Assembly (NCBI GenBank): GCA_046563655.1
Contig: CM102283.1
Coordinates: 8,680,001-8,744,000, forward strand
DNA length: 64,000 nt
Source: Yuukianura sp. NJ FZ-2021
Lineage: Eukaryota
Reading direction: 5' to 3'
Part shown: positions 14,001 through 26,800 of the stretch, piece after piece
Numbering within the stretch: the stretch's first letter is position 1
Layout of the letters: each line of letters starts with the position of its first letter
Program-made: the position numbers and the translations under genes
Notes under the pieces: model-generated
What the model was told of the DNA's origin: nothing
The model's input: only the letters and a program-made list of their open reading frames with translations
Databases searched by the model: none

Positions 14001-17000
14001 AAAAAATCCGGATATCGATCTACCTGATTAGCCATTTTCCAAAAGAAAATCAAAAAGTTGAAGCCCAAGGTTTTCAATTTCCAGGCTGAAAAGTGTCTAA
14101 AATTGACACTTTTTTAATAGATTTCATAAAAATTTAAAAAATTCGATTGACCTAAAAAATTTTTAGTGAGTCAAGAGGTCTATTCCTTTATTTTAAAAAG
14201 TGTATAAGAAATTTGCACTGTAGTTAATGTACTGGAAAAAAAGTGAAATTGGAAAGAGGTGTTTTAGAACAGAACAAAAAATTAGCGTTAATTCAACTGC
14301 ATTGAAGCAAGAACGGAGCGAATTGTCGTAAAAGTCAAACGGCTTTCAAGTTTGCCATAAAAAAATTCTACTTTTTTAGAAAGAAAAAATTTTGAGACAG
14401 AAAAAATCTTAAGTAGCTTCCACTTTTTTTGTTAGAGGCCCCATTTTTTTTTCTTTTTTTTTTCTCGTAAAGAAACGAAACTGTAAAGGTTAAATAATTC
14501 AAACTGTCATCAATCAAGAATGTGTTTGTGTGTATGATGCTTGAACTGGACTCAAAATGACAGTTTTCTTAAAAAGTGAAAACAACCTTAGACCATTAAC
14601 GACTTAAACTGAAACTGAAACTAGACTATGACTATTCATCGGAAAACGACAAACAGACAGTCTTAGAGTCACAACATCGTTCAATTTGTGATACATTTTT
14701 TATAAAGTGAGTTTTGGAATGGAGGTAATCAAAGCGTGGCCCACATTTTGTACGACCTTGGTCAAAATAACTGTTATACTCCTTCCATTTCCAAAATGTT
14801 AGGTTAGGCAAAAACAAGGTTTTACAAGTTTTTCTGAAAACAGAATTTCGGAAAACTGAATTTCTGAAGTTCTTTGAAGAAATCAACTTTTAGCATCACT
14901 TTTGTAATCGGGAAAACCAAAAGCAAACATGTTTGTGTGCAGATATAATTGGTGATAATAATTTCTAAAAGTGTTGATCAAAACGCCCACTTACTAAGTG
15001 GACTAAAAGTTTTTAGTTTAAGTTAGTTTTTTGGTTAGGTTATTGTGTCAACCGTGTCAGTAGGTCGATTAATTATGTATTGACGAACCACTTATTCAAA
15101 GGACTCGTGAAAGTGCTTATATGACACATCACCACAATAACATATGCTTGTGGCCTTGTTAACTTAATCAAAAATAGACATTTTGGGAACAAAGTTTCAA
15201 ATTTTCAAAGAAAACGTAAAAGTGCACGCTCCAATTTTTCTGAATTTGGAAAAAAATGTAAAGGTGGCCCACTAACCCAAAGTCAAAGTCACACACTTGA
15301 CAATTTTTGCTGAATCGGTTGAGGAGAAAGTGCGTGCCTAATGTGGGTTTTTTCGAAAAACCAACTTTTTTGCATTCAGAATCATTTTTTTTTTGTTTTC
15401 TAGACGAAGACAATGGACACAACGAGAAGGTGGAGGGCTTCCCAAGGCCGCCACGCAAAGGTGACGCCTATCCTGGTAAGTCTTGTCAAAAGTGTCGGAA
15501 CACGTTTGTCTCTGGGACAAATGTTGACATGACCTTGACTTTGTCTTTGGATTGACCTCGTGACCTTTAAGGAGTGCAAGGTTTGGGCGGGAAAGATCGA
15601 AAATTGTACCATCGTTACTACCAATGGGTGTGCTTCGTGCTCCTCTTCCAAGCGCTGTCTTTCTACATTCCAAGGTACATTTGGAAGGTTTGGGACGCGG
15701 GAAGGCTCAAACTACTGATTTCGGGCCTCCAAGTCCATTCCTTCAATTCCACACACCAGGTCGTACGAAAGGATCAGGTGATTTATTATAATTTATATAT
15801 AATTATACATAACTAAAAAAATATAATTTATAAAAAAAAAATAAGATAATTTTTACAAATAATTTTACATACTCGGTACATTCCAATGTACAGACAAAGC
15901 GTACGGACAAAAACTTGTCAGATTTCATTAGTATTGAAACTTTTTTTAATTTTCAGATCGTAGACTATTTTATGTCTCACCGCGGTGGGTGGGGTCTTTC
16001 ATACGCTTTCAAGTTCTATTTCTGTAAGTTTGAATTCGAAGATTCTTTTGGCGCCAATTCTTTCCCATGACCTTTGACCTTAGGCGAGATCCTGAACCTG
16101 GTGAACGTAGGTGCTCAATTATACTTTATGGACAAATTCCTGGGTCACTCCCTGTCGTCCTTTGGGCTGGACTTGCTCACCGTGACGGACGACGATCCCT
16201 ATCGACGCACGGATCCACTCGCCGTCATATTCCCCAAAGTCACCAAATGTAAGTTAGAGTGACCTCAAAGGCCTCTCTAACCCACTTACAAATAGTTACT
16301 CCCTCCAATATCTCCCTTCCTCAACTACGTTAACAATTTCCTTTTAAGTTTCCTTTGTACAAGGTACCTTCAATGCTCACGGGATCGGGGGCTCCATTGT
16401 GAGCCACGACGCCATTTGTGTTCTCTCGATAAACAACATCAACGAGAAGATTTATATATTCCTCTGGTAAGCATTTCAAACAGCACCTCACCGCAGAACT
16501 AACCGAATTTCATAACTTCCCGCCAAAACTAATTTCTTCCCGCCTTTTACTCAAAGTCTAACGGTGTCTGGATTAATTAATCATTCACAACTCAAACCTT
16601 TGAGTCTCAAAGCAGAGTAGTGACAGGCGGGATCGCTTTGAATTTGATGTGCGTTTGGTATCAAAACCAACCCAAAACACAAACATTTTCAGGTTATGTA
16701 ATTTTTTGGCGGGAAAGTTCAAATCCGGTTACCGGTTAAGTTTAGATTTAAGTTCGGTGTAAGTAGAAGCTTATGGTTTTGATCTCCGGGGAGAAAATTG
16801 AGATCTTCAGTCCATGTTAAGGGCGAAGGGTGAAAGTGAATGGAGAAAGTTGTTAGTTTATTAGAAGCATCGCCAGCTCATCCTCCAACCTAACCTTAAT
16901 TACTTAACTCATAAAGTTCGTAGGCGGAGCTCTCAGTTAAGCCTTCACCTAACCTCAAATCCTAAAAATCTAAGGTTCTAAATATGTTAGCCCCTCGCTG

Positions 17001-18348
17001 AACTTTCTCCGGCCCACTTCCGGTCAAGTGCCTTGGAAGTCTCGGCAAAAAGAAAAGTTAGGCTAACATTATATGTTGAAGGGGCTAAGTAATGACACAC
17101 CCAAGTCATAATCATTCCCTTCCCCTGCCTTAGCAGAGGAAGCAGCTCATAAATCAGACTTCCAATTCCTTCCGAATCAGAACAAACGATATCCCTTACT
17201 CAAAGTAACTAGCACGATACACAACTTCCACACACCTTCAACTGCCACTACTACTGCTGACCACAAATAAATCCACAAAAACTAACCTAACAATCCTAAA
17301 AACTAACGTAACAATCCTAACGTAGAGCCAGCTTCAGTTCATTAGAGAAAAACTTTCACCTTCCTTTCACTTTCGGCTCAATAAAAGTCAAGTCCAATAG
17401 AATTCGGAGCCAAAGCAACAGTAGGGTACAGGGCTCCTTGTCTAGAATAATTAGAATGACAAGGGACAAGAGATGTAGGTCAAACGACTAAAAAAAAGAC
17501 TATCGAGACTATAATGTTCCATAGTCATAGTATAAAAGACTAACGAAATCGATTCTCATATTTCAAAGGCAGTACAACTGCTCAAACTGTGTCTTTTGGT
17601 TTATTATCATAATCCGCCAATACATGGACAGAAACAGCAGCAGCATTTTTTTACAACATTTTTTGCGAAAACTGAAAAAGTTTGCTGAATTTCGAAAAAC
17701 TGTAATCCGAAAAGCTCAACATTTATGATATACAAAGAGTTGTGCGGAAAAAGTATTGAGGTCAATGACCTTTTATGACAGTACAAGTTAAATGGCCTGC
17801 AAAATTTTTGCAAAAAAGAGAAACTTTTTTGTTTCGAATAGAGAATTTTTTGGAATAGTTTTCAGAATGTTCGACACGCTTTTCTTTGGCTTTCACTTTT
17901 TCTGGATACCATTTCTGGAGCCATTTTTTGCCTGGAGAGCAAAAGTTAATAAAAACCGGCTGGTGTTGAGTTGAGCGCCGCTGCATGTTTGAATTTGAAA
18001 TTTTGGAAAATGTAAAATTTTTGGAAATTTTGAAATTTCAGGTTCTGGTTTCTGTTGCTGATAGGAGTGACTGTCCTTGGGTTACTGTACAGACTGCTCA
18101 CACTCTTATCCTGGAGAATACGTTATAATCTTCTGAGTTTAAACTACGGCTCCTCAGCGACATCTCCCCACCTTCGCAACATTGTTCATTGTGTCGGCTC
18201 TTCTGATTGGTTCATTTTGTACCAAATTTCTAAAAACATCAACACTTCCCTCTTCGTTGGTCTGGTCAAAGACATTGACGAGAGACTGAACGCACAGAAG
18301 GAACTGCGCAACTGCCGCGGAAGAGCCAGTGGTGGTACGGCTGTATGA
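11031..18348 (+). CDS. inx: Innexin (invertebrate gap-junction/hemichannel protein), 8 exons: 11031-11167, 12716-12852, 15404-15475, 15572-15777, 15957-16023, 16084-16248, 16364-16466, 18042-18348
   Basis: Spliced translation gives DNFVFRLHYK, QYVGEPIVC, YCWIHSTF, HRYYQWV, PRYIWK, FPKVTKC, C-VLSINNINEKIYIFLWFW and DWFILYQ, all typical innexin motifs. All introns are GT-AG and phase-compatible. Confidence 0.96.
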
Positions 18349-19069
18349 CAACGTCAACAGAAAGTTAATTTGAATTTCCCGCCTCCGCCATAACTTTACT
18401 TGCTTATACTCAACTGAAACAAAACGGACTTCCAAAAACTCATAAAAAACGACATTTACGTTTAGTAAAAACAGCGCAAGAACGTTATTTACTACAACGG
18501 CGGAAGACTTGAACAAGGGTAAAACGTGTATTCGAATAACCGAAAACCAAAACGTCAAGAATGGCCTTAGACGGACTAAAACTTTGCCTCTACAGAAGAT
18601 ACGTACACGGTCAATTCACAATGGAAGACAGCTTAATAAACGTTAGAGTTAATTAACACTAGGTTTTACTAAAGAAATCAAAAGGTGCTCTCCAACAAGA
18701 CAGAAAAGTACGTTACTCTGTCCTGATTCCTAGCAACGTGTGTCTACCCTTACAAAGTTTCCAAGGTTCCAGAAGAAAGTTGAAGTTCCATATAAAAATA
18801 TCCGAGTAATAAAGAATTTTTCTGATAAGCTGTCACTTTTCTTCTTGGATGGATCATTTTCCTATGAAGAAAACATAAACTGAGAATTTACGAAAACTTT
18901 ACTTTTTGACAACGTTCATGACTAATGCTGGCTATAATTTGTGAGCCGGTTTTAAAGTGGACTGGTTCTAGGTTGTTTTGGAGCTAATTGCTGCATTTGA
19001 TGTTGATGATAATGACGAAAGAGACGTGAAGATGAGTTAAGGTGAGTAAGCTTAGGACGAAGTCTCTTT

Positions 19070-19407
19070 CTACCCGGGAATTCCGAGAAAGCTGAAACAT
19101 TTACAAGATGTAATATCTGTATTCAAGATGTATCTGTAATTTTGGTTTGACATTGGCTTTGAATAAGTTAAGTACCTGAAAACAGTCAATTCTGGCATGC
19201 CTTTGTCCACACCCCGCTTATATCCTGAACGACATAATGTAAAACGAATGAAATGCAAGCACTGAAAAGAAATATGAATAATTTACAGGTCTTAAATCGT
19301 TCCATACCTAAGTAAAGGATGAGTGGGATATAGCCGTAATGGAAGGTTGTTCCGATAATTCCCGTTACGACGCCAATTCGTTCCTTCATGTCCTTCGGAA
19401 TTGTCAT
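19070..19407 (-). CDS. TOM7: Mitochondrial import receptor subunit TOM7, 3 exons (19407-19308, 19224-19176, ~19092-19070)
   Basis: MTIPKDMKERIGVVTGIIGTTFHYGYIPLILYLG-YKRGVDKGMPELTVF-SFLGIPG matches the FHYG(F/Y)IP..LYLG..G..P Tom7 signature. A further in-frame ATG at 19431 is possible. Confidence 0.92.
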
Positions 19408-20691
19408 CGTTCGTCCCGCCCCTAAATTCATTCTAGCAAGATTAGTTTACGAATATTTTACGAACGTAAATGATTGAATTGAAGGCCTAAATTACCGTTT
19501 CCCTTACCTTTGCTCTTAGCGAAGTCCTCTATGTATTAGAGTCGATAGGACTGGCACAAGTATACCCGAAATGCTACTTTGTGTTACACAGTAGCAAAAC
19601 CGACCAAGTATCAATATCAAAGATCAATTAGAAAGAATTAACGATTGCAAGTGTCAAAATCAAAAAACGTAATGAAGATTCAGTAAATTAAAATTTATCA
19701 CATCGTTTCGTACCAAATAAGATTCGAAATGCAGTTAATCAGTATTGGCGAAACGACGAATTGCGTTTCCCATTTTACGACTTTTCAATAAATCAAAAAA
19801 TACTTGTAAAAGTTAATTATTTTAAAGGTGGTTTTTACCTGATTTGACAAATTTTGGATTGAACAAATAATCCAAAATTTTTAAAAATTAAAAAAACGTG
19901 TCGAAACTAAGCAAGTTTACCTTTACTAACGATAAGATGTTTTAGTTTTGCGTTTTGTACGAACAGAATTGCAGTATCATCAATGTCAATTGAAATGCAA
20001 AATTACAAAATACAAATCAGTTTGAATTTACAATTCACGAGGAGGAGAAATTTAATTTTCGCGGCTATCTTTCTATTGGTCAAATATTTGAAAAACCCGG
20101 CGTTTGAAAGTGGGAGGCCCAAAGCTTGTTTTGTTTTGATTTTGGTTCCTTTCTTATAAAGTTCAACCGGAAATTGCACTTACAAACACCCCCGGGCGTT
20201 AATGTTGCCAAACTCCGTTGAACAGCCGATTCCGATTCCGAATTCAGAGAAAAAAAATGACAAAAGAGCAAACTTCCTGCCACTTTACTTCAAAATTTCA
20301 TTCTTGAGTGAATGAATCACTCTATCCTTCACTTCAACGTCGTCGTCTCGGGTCAACTTGTTTTTGCAGTTTAGATTAGTCATCGTTCTTTTCGTAACAG
20401 GAACTGAGTTACGTTGTGTGACTCATACCGTTTATGCTGTAGTTTACGTAAATTACTTCGTACATCCATTATCTCCGTTCTTGTGAATCAGAAAGATCTG
20501 TGGTGTTTGGTGTCAATTTAGGAAACCGCATTAACGATCGGGTAGGGCTGGGGGTGGGGGTTGACTATTCCTGGTACTGCAGAGACGGAAGATCGTCCTT
20601 CCTAGTAAGGTCAAAGATCAAACATTGAAAAACGAAATGTCGACAGCCTGCAACTAATAATTTTTTTACTATAGGAATACAAATTGGAAAA

Positions 20692-23104
20692 ATGGCACAT
20701 CAGAGGGCGAACGTCTATCCAAATTTACGATATGAAGCGGAAGAAGGAAACGCCAAGCCATTCCATAAGGTAGTTATTGAGATAATTTCAAATTCGGCAC
20801 AATTTTGTAATGAATTTAACATTGGAAGATTTAGAAGGTCAAGTCCAGGATCTTTTATTGAAAGAGGTGTAACAATGGAGACATACATCTTGGGGTTTTA
20901 AGTGCTGATAAGCTAATTAGCAACACCTAACATGTAGCAGAACATAGGTTTTTTGCACAACAGCGATTTTTGTCGCTTGGCAGGGTTAGTTTTGAAGTTT
21001 ATCTTCATCCCCTACTACAACCAGAACCAGCCAATTTTTTGTCTCCTAAACGCTGTTGCTAAAAAGCGGAAAAGTAAATAATGTGATTAGAGCTCCTCAT
21101 TTCCTATCGGCATTTTAGTTATTCACTTCAAGTTCTCTGAATTTACGAGGCTTAGCTAAACGTTACTACTGTGATAGCTCGTACTTTTAGTTAACAGTTT
21201 GGCCTTGTCAGTCTCAGGTCCGTTTGTCTGCTAACAAGATAAAAGATGCGTTTCGCATTAGGTTAACATTCCAAATTTTTTGGAGTGCCACTTTTCTATT
21301 TGTAGGCTAACCGTAAAGTCAGCTCGCGAAATAGGCTAATCGTATTGTGTACCTTACAAATTGGTTTACTGTTAGTGCGAGCTGTTGCATTTACACGTTA
21401 ATTACCGGCAAAAATGGCAAACAGGAGAGAAGGTGAAGCAGGGGGTCCCCCGTTGCTACCGTCATTCTCTCAAGTAAAACAATTAGAACCATACTGTTAA
21501 CTTAGAATTTGTAAAAATTTGTGTCAACGACATGACGAGTTAACCTTCAGATTATTGACCTATATTTTGTTTTCAGGTTGATGCTGATGGAGATGGAGGC
21601 ATTGAGTTACACGAATTGAAACAAGTGTTACCGCATGTCCCACATTCACAACTAGCACAGGAATTTGACAAGTACGATGTCAACAAGGACGGAGTTCTGT
21701 CCCGGGAAGAGTACAGTCACATGGTAACAAATTAAGCAGAATTATGACTAAAAGTTCTAATCCGGGTATTGCATTTCTGTGTTTTCTGTGTTGTAGGTCC
21801 GACGACGAGCTTTTGAATTTGCAAACCTCATTGTTGTGCCGAAGAATGCCCGGAAACGTCAGCCCCCGACCACTCCTACCACTGACAGGGTTGATGGGGT
21901 CAGTAACTTACGAGAATGAAACGTACCTACAGCGTTTGGGTTTTTTCAACTTCTTTTTCTATATTTTTAGGCCTACAGTGAAGAATATTCGTTGTGTCCC
22001 CCTCCAATATTCATGTTTCTTATAAGTATGGTTGAAATTGGGATCTTTGCGTACCACACCCATAAATTAATTGAGCAGAGAGGATGGGTGGGGATCAATG
22101 GCCCAGCTCCAGTCGAGAGTATTTTTATATACAATCCATTTCGCCGTAAGTCATCTTAAATTTCATGAAACCGAAGCCCAAAATCAACATGAAAGTTTTG
22201 AATTTCAAATTTTGCTAATCGACAGGTTGTGAAGCCTGGAGGTACCTTACTTATATGCTTGTCCATGCCGGGTAAGTCCTTCTGTTGTAAAACTTGCTAA
22301 AACATAACACAACTTTACTACTGGTGCACTGACACACTGACTTACCAATTTTTTTTTAATTCAGATGGGTCCACCTCTGTAACAACATAATTATGCAGCT
22401 ATTCTTGGGAATCCTGCTAGAAATGGTACACAAATGGCGTGTTATTGTTGTGTACTTGGCGGGAGTCATATTCGGCAGCCTTGCAACTTCTTTAACAGAT
22501 CCAGACTACTACTTGGGTAACTTTGACTGTACCAATTGACAAATCAGATCATAAGTTTTAGTTGTGTGATTAAAATCTTGATGTAACTTTAGCCGGAGCC
22601 AGTGGCGGTGTCTATGCCCTGATCCTCGCTCACATGGCCACAGTCATCCTGAATTGGGAGGACATGGAGCTTCCATGGGTAAAAGTCCAACAAATTACTT
22701 GAAAAACATGGTTTCATTTTGAAAATTTTGAACAGGTTCGTGTCTTACTGTTTTCGGCATTTTGTATTCTGGATGTTGGAATAGCCATATATTACCGATA
22801 TACTGGCGATGGAATATCGAATAGGGTCAGTTTAACTTTAACTTTCCATAAATTAATCTGTTTTAATTAACTTTTATTGTTATCACAGATCGGTTATGCT
22901 GCTCACTTCGGCGGAGCAGTAGCAGGACTGCTGATTGGAATTCACGTCCTCAAAAACATAACTCCACAACCGTGGGAAATTATTGTATGGCGCGTGAGCA
23001 TTGTGATTTGGGTAGTACTGGCAATCTTTGCTGTTTCTTGGAACATCTTCTACACAGATTACTTTCCACCTCCAATGCCTCCTTGCGACTTCGCCTCTAC
23101 TTAA
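20692..23104 (+). CDS. Rhomboid intramembrane serine protease with two N-terminal EF-hands (RHBDL3/rho-4-like)
   Basis: EF loops DADGDGGIELHE and DVNKDGVLSREE (from 21577). EAWRYLTYMLVHAG-WVHLCNN, catalytic GASGG (~22595-22610) and AAHFGG (~22900). Multiple short GT-AG introns. Confidence 0.93.
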
Positions 23105-23828
23105 ATTCCACAAATCCACAATTCCATTTTATTATGCAGCATACAAGGTATTACCCAATCCACATATCATGGTGGAAGTTTTGTTGATTATTTTTAACTT
23201 GACCTCAGTTTAGTTAAACTGGATTTTGTTGTTAAAAGTGTTCACAATTAATTTAGTTGATGTTAGGTTCCTACTTTGGGCTCACATTTATTTCACAAGA
23301 TTTTAGTTCAATGTTCATTTTCTTGGCAGCAAAGTAGTAACAACAAAGCTGGACTTACAAAGTAGTTTAAATTTCAGTAGTAGATAAATGCAAGAATATA
23401 ATATTTTGCTGAGCAAGAAGAGCTAAGGAAATTATTTATACACAAATTGTTTATATTTTCCTTTTAAACATCCGTTTAAATAAAATATAGGAATTTCTTT
23501 GAAATTGGCATTGTAGTCGAAAGTTTTAGAAAAACTTCTGGAATATTCGTAGTGAACATAGTGGAATACAAAGTTACTAGGAATAGTTTTAGTTATAACT
23601 ATAATTATAATGGAAATATTGAAAATTGTACTTTTTTCTGGATTTACGAATATTTTTTTTAGCGTGAAACGCATTTCGTCCCTGAAAGACTTCGATAATA
23701 TAAAAGACACAAAAGTGCTTTTGAGCTTCTTAGTTTTAAGTTATACACCTCAGAAATGGCAAGTACTTACAAGTTGTGCGATGCTTTCTGAAAATCCAGA
23801 TGCTTTTTCTTGAAAATTTTCAAAATTT

Positions 23829-26800
23829 CTAGAACCTCTCATTGGTACTAGTAGGTTGCGTCAGTTTATTTTTCTTTCCAAGAATTCCCATAAGTTCTTT
23901 TGGCATGTAGTACGGTTTTTCAGGACTTCCATCGTTGCGTTCACAGTCTTCAACTAAAAAGTAGGAAAAAAGTAAACTAAACTTTCGGTTTTACTCAAAA
24001 ATTTCAATTTTCTGAAAATTTCTTACGGAAACAGAGGAATAGTGTATCCACGGCCATGTCATACACACTGAAAAACAGTGTTGCGATGAAGTACGACCCA
24101 ATGGCCACAACAATCACTGGTGCCAGGTAGAAGTTAAGTGTGTGCATCTGAAACAGAATTTTATGAATATCAAATAATGAAAATATTTTATAAAATTATG
24201 AACTTGTACTTCAAAAAATTTCAAAACTTTTTTTTAGTACCTCGTCGTCAACTTTAAGCGATGCATGCTGGTTGGCAAAAATTTGAAAAGCGACGAGCGT
24301 CATTCCACCGACAATAAAAAGTTTTCCAATGAACAGCAGAAAGTCAGCAGCTTTGTCCAGCACAAACGCTCGAACAACGTTTCTCATGAGCAGCATAAAA
24401 GCGTCTCTGGCGCTTGTGCAGAAGTTCTTTCCGTAAACTGCACACATTATGTAAGCATTCCGGTTGATGAAACGCATGAACTTCTCTAGGCAGTAGAAAA
24501 AGCATTTGCAGCAGCACATGATTCCTTTGACAAAAGGATTCTCTTGGTTGTACTGCTTCAGTTTATGCTCCAAGTATTCCAGGAAGTATCGAATCAGTTT
24601 TACTATGGAGATGACGAGTGAACCAAATGCAAGAGTTCCCAAATGGTAACGAACTGTGCGGAAAAGGCTGCTGGAAAGTGGAAACGTTGGCAAATCGATT
24701 TTCCTGTCCAAGGTCCAGTACCTACCACGTCAAATTAATTTTTAAAAAAATCATTTTTAAAAAATTGTACAAAATTTCTCAAAAATGTTACCATCCCGAG
24801 AATGCTCCCGCCAAAACCATATCTCCAAAGGCACTTATGAAACACAGGGTCCAGATTACGCCGAAGAAGTTATAAAAATGGTACCATCCCACGTGAGTAA
24901 CCTTCCCGTAAAGTGCGAACTGGCAAGTGTTGCTCAAAACACATTCCGATTGGTCCCCACACTCTTTTGCAAAATTCTTCATATGACACCTAAAATTCAA
25001 AAAACATGAAAACAATTTTCAGATTTTTTCAAATTAAAATTTTTTGAAATCTGAGAATTCTTTCTTGCTTACGTAGTTCCTTCTACTAAAAGCTTCGCAG
25101 TATCCCCAATACCGCAAGTACAATTTTGAGCCACGCGGAATACTTCTTCTGAAGCTGAAATTAGAAAGACTCCAACAAGTAAGAAAAACGTAATCACGAC
25201 GACTTGGAGTGCCCAGGGTGCCAGTGGCCAAATCAACGTAAACAGCATATCTCCAACGGCCCTGTCAAAAGTGAAACGTTTCTAACTACTTTTTAGTGCA
25301 AAATCAATTAAACTTAAAACGTTTTTATGTCTCACCTTGCCCCTTGACGAATCAGCGAAACTGCGATTGCCAGTCTGGAACGGAGGAAGATGATAATGAT
25401 GATGTAGATGATGAGACAAATTCCAGTGGCAATGGCAAGGTACAGCCAAGTATCTTTTGAGTTCAGAAGTGAATCAAAATGGTTTGTCAGTTCTTCCTGT
25501 GTGATGAAACGTTCTGCTTGTAAATCTCTGAGCATCTCTGGACCTTCAACAGGTTCTTGACCACGTAAATGAATGTACTTGTCAACGCTAAAGTAGCAAC
25601 CTACAGAATGATACAAGAATTTGTTAGTTGAACTATTATTAAAGTAGGAAAATCACTCTTTCTAAATAACATAATTCCAAATTCCAAAAAGTTAAAAGTT
25701 TAGTAGGAAAATCACTCTTTCTAAATAACATAATTCCAAATTCCAAAAAGTTAAAAGTTTAGTAGGAAAATCACTCTTTCTAAATAACATAATTCCAAAT
25801 TCCAAAAAGTTAAAAGTTTAGTAGGAAAATCACTCTTTCTAAATAACATAATTCCAAATTCCAAAAAGTTAAAAGTTTAGTAGGAAAATCACTCTTTCTA
25901 AATAACATAATTCCAAATTCCAAAAAGTTAAAAGTTTAGTAGGAAAATCACTCTTTCTAAATAACATAATTCCAAATTATAAGAAGTTAAAAGTTTAGTA
26001 GGAAAATCACTCTTTCTAAATAACATAATTCCAAATTCCAAAAAGTTAAAAGTTTAGTAGGAAAATCACTCTTTCTAAATAACATAATTCCAAATTCCAA
26101 AAAGTTAAAAGTTTAGTAGGAAAATCACTCTTTCTAAATAACATAATTCCAAATTCCAAAAAGTTAAAAGTTTAGTAGGAAAATCACTCTTTCTAAATAA
26201 CATAATTCCAAATTCCAAAAAGTTAAAAGTTTAGTAGGAAAATCACTCTTTCTAAATAACATAATTCCAAATTCCAAAAAGTTAAAAGTTTAGTAGGAAA
26301 ATCCTTTTAAGTTTAAAATTGAATTTTTTTTAAAAACTCTGGACTTACTGAATGCTAAGACGATAAACATTCCAACCAATGATGCCCAGACCATAATACA
26401 GGCGAAGATTCTCATCAAGCAAATCCAAATCAGCGACGCAGCGGCACCTCCGCCCAGCAAAAGCACAATTAAGTGCCAAGTAGCACGTAAGTCCTCAAAC
26501 AAGTACTCAACATTCTACAAAGGACAAATATTGGCAATATTACATACTGTTCAAAAACTTGAAAATTTTAACTTTTCTTAATACCTGCTTGGCATTCAAG
26601 AGTTCGATTAACTTAATCAGACCCTCAACAACGTCGTTGAATTTTACAACACTTGAGATCTCCTGCATCGCTTCCTTTTCAATCATTCCCGGAATGCAAC
26701 GTCGCTGAACTGAAAACATAAACGTAAAATTAAAAACCGAATTTCAATTTTCGTTTTTAAAAAAATATCTTAACCCGAGCAGCGGTATAAATTTCCAAAA

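Noticed and set aside
25643-26303. CRISPR-like appearance of the 59-bp and 11-bp arrays
   Set aside because: Units are contiguous with no unique spacers, there are no cas genes, and the context is eukaryotic and intronic.
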